From: the human T2T-CHM13v2.0 reference genome, Homo sapiens
Length of the DNA stretch: 64,000 nt
Strand: one strand, 5' to 3'
Assembly: GCF_009914755.1 (NCBI RefSeq)
Contig: NC_060939.1
The notes under the pieces were generated by a model. It was not told the DNA's origin. It saw nothing but the letters and a program-made list of their open reading frames with translations, and ran no database searches. Numbering within the stretch: position 1 is the first letter of the stretch; the number at the start of each line of letters is the position of its first letter. This document shows, in pieces, positions 59,000 to 64,000 of the stretch. The position numbers were made by a program, and so were the translations under genes.

Positions 59000-60670
59000 A
59001 AACTTTAAAACTTAAAAAAAAAATCTGCGTGTACTTTATATATATGTGTGTGTCTATGTGTGTGTATATGTGTTCTTTCAGAGCTGTCTTCATTATACAG
59101 CTTCTATGCCAGGTCTTTGATTTTGGCCTTTATTATTCATCTTCGAATGGAGCACAAGAATTACCAGTATTACCTCAATTGAGGTACAAATCCTATAAAA
59201 ATGGAAAACCCATAGCATGCTCGATGATTAAGGCAGAAGACTATATTATCCAACATTCCAATAAGATAAAATAATCACAATGATTTCTCTTTTTTGGAAA
59301 AAGATTATTTTATTCTCCTACATTATTGTTAAGTTTTTTTTAACAAGAAACATGTCTAATATCTTTAAAAACACACATTTTTCAATTTAATAAGCACTCA
59401 AAGCTCTTTACCAGTTTAAAAAAAAATTACAAGGCCCTTCTAAAGTAAGGCTAAATGCTAAGTGATGGGGGAGAGAAAAAGGACATAAACAACTCCTACT
59501 CTCAAGGGGTTAATCACTAAATCCTATTTGACTAGAATCACCTGGCCTCTCCAAACCTTGCAAATGAAACTGAATTTCTCACTAGATACTAGACTATGAC
59601 TTGCAGCAATTGTGAAAACCAAGAATTGTGTTATGTCACTGGGTATTGCATGTTATCTGAATTCCACACTAGGCTGGGATCAAGGGTTGAATCTTTCATG
59701 ATTTGCTCCATAACCTGTGTGCTTCTTATCCCAGACCCAAGTAAGCTTTCTTCTAGAGTTCTACAATTTACAGTTAGTATACAAGAATGGTCCTCAAAAA
59801 TGTAGTCTCTGGACCAGCACCACCAGCATCACCTGAGAACTTTTTATAAATGCATATTCTCAGGCCCCACCTTAGACCTGATGAATCAGAAACTCTGGAG
59901 TAGGGCCTAGCAATCTGTGCTGCAATAAACCCTGCAGGTGTTCAGGAACCTCTGGCATACAGCAGGTAGAAAAATGTGTTTCCTTCTGTAGGTCCAAAGC
60001 CAGGGATACTGTATGTTCTGTCTTGATATGAAACAAAGACATGCAATTAAAAGACATAAATCTCCTTCCTACTCCCATCCTCCAGCTAATGTGTTTTATT
60101 TTTATAAGTTAAATAAGAAAACAAGTGGCAATCAGAGATTTAATCTAAAAAGTATGTTTACAGATATCTGTTCTTATCCAGTCTGATCTTATACAACACC
60201 ACTTACATCCTCCTACATCTAAAGTTTTAGAAAGGGACCTTCACAATATAAGTCTAAGGCACACTAGGAGTGTGATAATAAAAGACCAAGTAGATCTGAA
60301 TGTCCAAACTTACTAGAGAAGAAAAGTGGAATCACTGGCTGTATTTTCAAATTGCATTCAACAGGAAATTAAGGTTTTGAATTTTTTTCACCTTTGTACT
60401 TCCAAGTTAATAGAATTAAACCAGAATACTCCATACTTCCAAAGCCTCTAGCCAGGCAAAGTTTTACTTTATTACTTCTTGCTTTTGATTGATATAAAGC
60501 AGAGTCCTGGTAGGCATATTGTGTATACTTGCAAAGATGCAGAACTAAACAGTTGTTAATATTAAAACAAAAGTCCTGTAAACCTCAGATGGTGAGTGTA
60601 ATATTTTAGCACTAACACCAAAGCCTCAAATATGAAAAGATATCAAAAACACCACTAGCAAACAAAAGTA
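59000..60670. other. AT-rich UTR-like segment, probably the ITSN2 3'UTR-derived part of the GOLGA core duplicon
   Basis: Sharp GC-to-AT switch at ~59000; GOLGA core duplicons are known to juxtapose GOLGA2 and ITSN2 UTR sequence. Identity inferred, not aligned. Confidence 0.45.
59788..59950. mobile_element. MER5A-like hAT DNA transposon
   Basis: CAGCATCACCTGAGAACTT...ATTCTCAGGCCCCACC..AGACCT..TGAATCAGAAACTCTGG. Confidence 0.8.
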
Positions 60671-60677
60671 AACTCTC

Positions 60678-60938
60678 AGCCGGAAGCAGTAGTTCATACC
60701 TGTAAGCCCAGCACTTTGGCAAGCTAAGGTGGGAGGATTACTTGGAGTCAGGAGTCCGAGACCAGCCTGGGCAGCATAGTGAATTCACATCTCTACAAAA
60801 AAATTTAAAAATTAGCATGCCTATAGTCCTAGCTACTTGGGAGTCTGAGGTGGGAAAATCGCTTGAGCCCAGGAGTTTGAGGCTGCTGTAGCTACGATAA
60901 TGCCACTGCACTCTAGCCTAGGTGACAGAGCAAGACCT
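60678..60938 (+). mobile_element. AluJ-like
   Basis: Diverged Alu dimer. Confidence 0.85.
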
Positions 60939-61026
60939 AGATAATTACATTCTGTCCTGCTCCTGTTTACACTAAAATCACTAAGTTAAAATGCTTTCAT
61001 TCAGCAGGATAAAAATTAAGTGACAT

Positions 61027-61325
61027 GGCCGGGTGTGGTGGCTCACATCTGTAATCCCAGCACTTTGGGAGGCCGAGGTGGGTGGATCACCTGAGGTCGG
61101 GAGTTTGAGACCAACCTGACCAACATGGAGAAACCCCGTCTCTAATTCAAATACAAAATTAGCCGGGCATGGTGGCACATGCCTGTAATCCTAGCTACTC
61201 GGGAGGCTGAGGCGGGAAGAATCGCTTGAACCTGGAAGGGGGAGGTTTCAGTGAGCCAAGATCACACCACTGCACTCCAGCCTGGGCAAACAAGAGCGAA
61301 ACTCCATCTCAAAAAAAAAAAAAAA
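61027..61325 (+). mobile_element. AluSp/Sq-like
   Basis: Full dimer with polyA. Confidence 0.92.
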
Positions 61326-61339
61326 ATTAAGTGAAATGT

Positions 61340-61623
61340 GGCCAGGCGCGGTGGCTCACGTCTGTAATCCCAGCACTTTGGGAAGCTGAGGCAGGCAGAT
61401 CACCTGAGTTCAGGAGTTCGAGACCAGACTGGCCAACGTGGTGAAACACAGTCTCTACTACAAATACAAAAATTAGCCAGGCATGGTGGCGAGTGCCTGT
61501 AATCCCAGCTACTCAGGAGACTAAGGCAGGAGAATCACCTGAACCTAGGAGGCAGAGGTTGCAGTGGGCCAAGATCATGCCACTGCACTCCAGCCAGACT
61601 CTGTCTCAAAAAATAAAAATAAA
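61340..61623 (+). mobile_element. AluS
   Basis: Full dimer. Confidence 0.92.
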
Positions 61624-61679
61624 CTGATTAAGTGAAATGTGATTTTGGAGCTTGGGTGGCTAAAAAAGGAAAGAAAATA

Positions 61680-62470
61680 TAAAGCTAAACAACAAATTAC
61701 TTACTAGGAGAAAGTTTTTGTAACCTCAGTGACAGATAAAAGGTTTATATCCTAAGTCCATAAATAAATCTTTAAAATTACTCAGAAAAAATGATTTTAA
61801 AAGATAAAATTATTTTACAATTTTATAAAATTACTCAGAGAAAAACAAATGGTTTCCAACAGAAAATGGGAAATGGAGAAACAAACACTTCTCACAAGAA
61901 TAAAAATTGCCAATAAGCATATAAAAGATTCAAAAGCACTAGAAATCAAAGAAATGTAATGAAAACAATAAGATTTTCTGCTTAAAGACTAGCAAAGACA
62001 ACAAATGGAAGGGGGAAGCTGGAGCTCTGTCCCTGTTGGTGGGAGTATAAACTGAACCAATCTTCCTGCACAATAATTTGAAAATGTCTATTAAAATCCC
62101 TAAAACTGTTTTATATTATTTTCCTCCAGAAATTCTACTTCTATGAATTCAGTCATAAAATGCTTGCTCGAGTCCATTAAAATGTATATATGAGGAAATT
62201 CACCTCTGGGGTGGCAATGATTAACTTAATATACATCCAGCTATTAAAAATGATGATGCCAGGATATATTTACTGCCATAGAAGCAAGCCCAAAATATAG
62301 TAAGTGACAAAAGACTATATATTATGATTCTACTTTTTACAATGCTTATATGCATAAAGTATAAAAAGCAACAAACCAGAATGTTTTGAGTGGCAAAATT
62401 GAAGATGTTTCTTTATATTTTGTCATCCAAATTATTACATAAAAAATGTGATTTCCTTCATAATCAGGAA
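61680..62470 (+). mobile_element. Old L1 (L1ME-like) 3' fragment
   Basis: CTGTTGGTGGGAGTATAAACTG, CCAGAAATTCTACTTCTA, CAGCTATTAAAAA motifs. Confidence 0.55.
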
Positions 62471-63814
62471 GAAGTGTTATTTTCATTTACTTACATTTAA
62501 ATTTCTTTCTCTTACTTTTTCTCGTGAACATATCCCATGTAGGCTAGAGAGGTAGAATCCCTGCCTCTTGAGGTCATTCAGTCCATTTTTGGAATGTGCA
62601 CTACACAAAGCTGCCCCATCTTCCTTTTATTTTAAAATGTCTGGAAACATTTTTGTTTTAAATTGTTTTATTGTTCTCAGAGTGTTTTTAAAAAATATAT
62701 GAAATAGAGGAAAAGGCAAAGGAAAGGCTGACTCCCCAACTTCCTGGGGCTGCTCTTCCAATTTTTGCTGCTATTGCTATGTATTAATATTCACTGGGTA
62801 CTAAAAAGATGGGCAGCCCCTTAGATACTTTTTTCTTATCTCTTTCTCATAATCTCAATTCATTCCTTCATTCACTTATTCTTAAAGGGGTTATGTGTAC
62901 AAATACATAGTTCAAAAAATTTAAAAATATAACTATAAAAGTATGTGGCAAAATCCCATTCATATCCTATTCTCCCTCCACAGCCAAACACTTTTAATTG
63001 GTTTCTTATGTATCATTTTGGAATTTATATTTGCAAATACACATGTATATTCTTATTCTACTCTTCTCTCTCAACACAGAAAGTAGCAGACCATATATAT
63101 TATACCATTCCTTGTTCCTTTTTAAAAACACACAAAATATATCTGAGTTCTTCTACATGAGTACATAGGTCTTTCTCATTCTTCTTTACAACTACACAGT
63201 ATTCCATCGTTTGGATGTACCATAGTTTATTGAACCAGTTCCCTGTTGGTGGACACTGAAGTCATCCTTATCATACTATCACAAACAATATTGGCAAGGC
63301 AAGCATAACCACCTACACACACCAAGTTCATTTCTGAATGTGCCTTTGATGAAGCTTCTGTTTAAATCTCCACAAGATCACAAGGCTGAAAAGTTAGCCC
63401 CTTTTTCAGTTTTCATTATGTACAGCAGTATGTAGCAAAAGACTCCCTTGAGCAAAGCAAATGTACTCTTTGAGGATTTATTTCATAAAATAAATGGATA
63501 AACAGAACACCCAGCATAACAATTTCTATTTAACAATGCATATGTATGTATACAATACATGCATATGCATAGAAAGTATAAAATAAATCCGTCAAAGCAT
63601 TAAGCATTGTCTCAGTATGCTGGACCTATGGAGTGCTTTATAGATTCCCCCTCCTTGTCTATCAGTTCTAATTTCACAACAGTGAATATGTACAATTTTT
63701 GCAATATAAAATTTCAAAAAATGTTAACTCACATTAAGCTGGATACATTCTTTCAGTCTGTCCTACATTTGTATAGTGCTCCAGTGTGTTCAAATATCAC
63801 TTCATTTTAAAATA

Positions 63815-63952
63815 TTTTTTTTCAAATATAGAGACAGACAGGGTCTTGCTCAGTCGACCAAGTTGGTCTTGAACTCCTAGATTCTCCTGGATCCTCCCAC
63901 CTCCGCCTCCCAAAGTGCTGGTATTACAAGTGTGAGCCATCACGCCCAACCA
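63815..63952 (-). mobile_element. FLAM/Alu monomer
   Basis: Left monomer-like. Confidence 0.8.
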
Positions 63953-64000
63953 GCTTCATTTGAGAAACCTTTCCCAAGCACTCCATATATTACTAATTAT

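Overview
Primate DNA: Alus throughout, and an SVA points to a hominoid, human-like genome. No intact protein-coding gene is supportable, and most ORFs in the track are spurious. 1-8.3 kb is a nest of mobile elements: an internally deleted HERV-K(HML-1/HERV-K14-like) provirus beside MER4-group/MER50 ERV1 sequence, a 5'-truncated SVA with no target-site duplication (TSD), and the 3' half of an Hsmar1 mariner. 8.3-29 kb is repeat-rich intergenic DNA with an orphan CpG island at ~12.1-12.8 kb. 29-59 kb is an unprocessed GOLGA2 (GM130)-derived 'core duplicon' pseudogene on the minus strand. It has a probable DNM1 3' remnant at its tail and probably ITSN2-UTR-derived sequence upstream. The pseudogene is internally duplicated (blocks A and B). 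It carries templated insertions, an exon-level tandem triplication with a 21-bp heptad microrepeat, a 7SL retrocopy and five solo LTRs. One LTR (LTR10-like) sits in sense inside an exon and carries a perfect p53 consensus site. I found no wholly new biological system; the best leads are structural or regulatory. Family names come from recalled consensus sequences, not database searches, and coordinates were read by eye.
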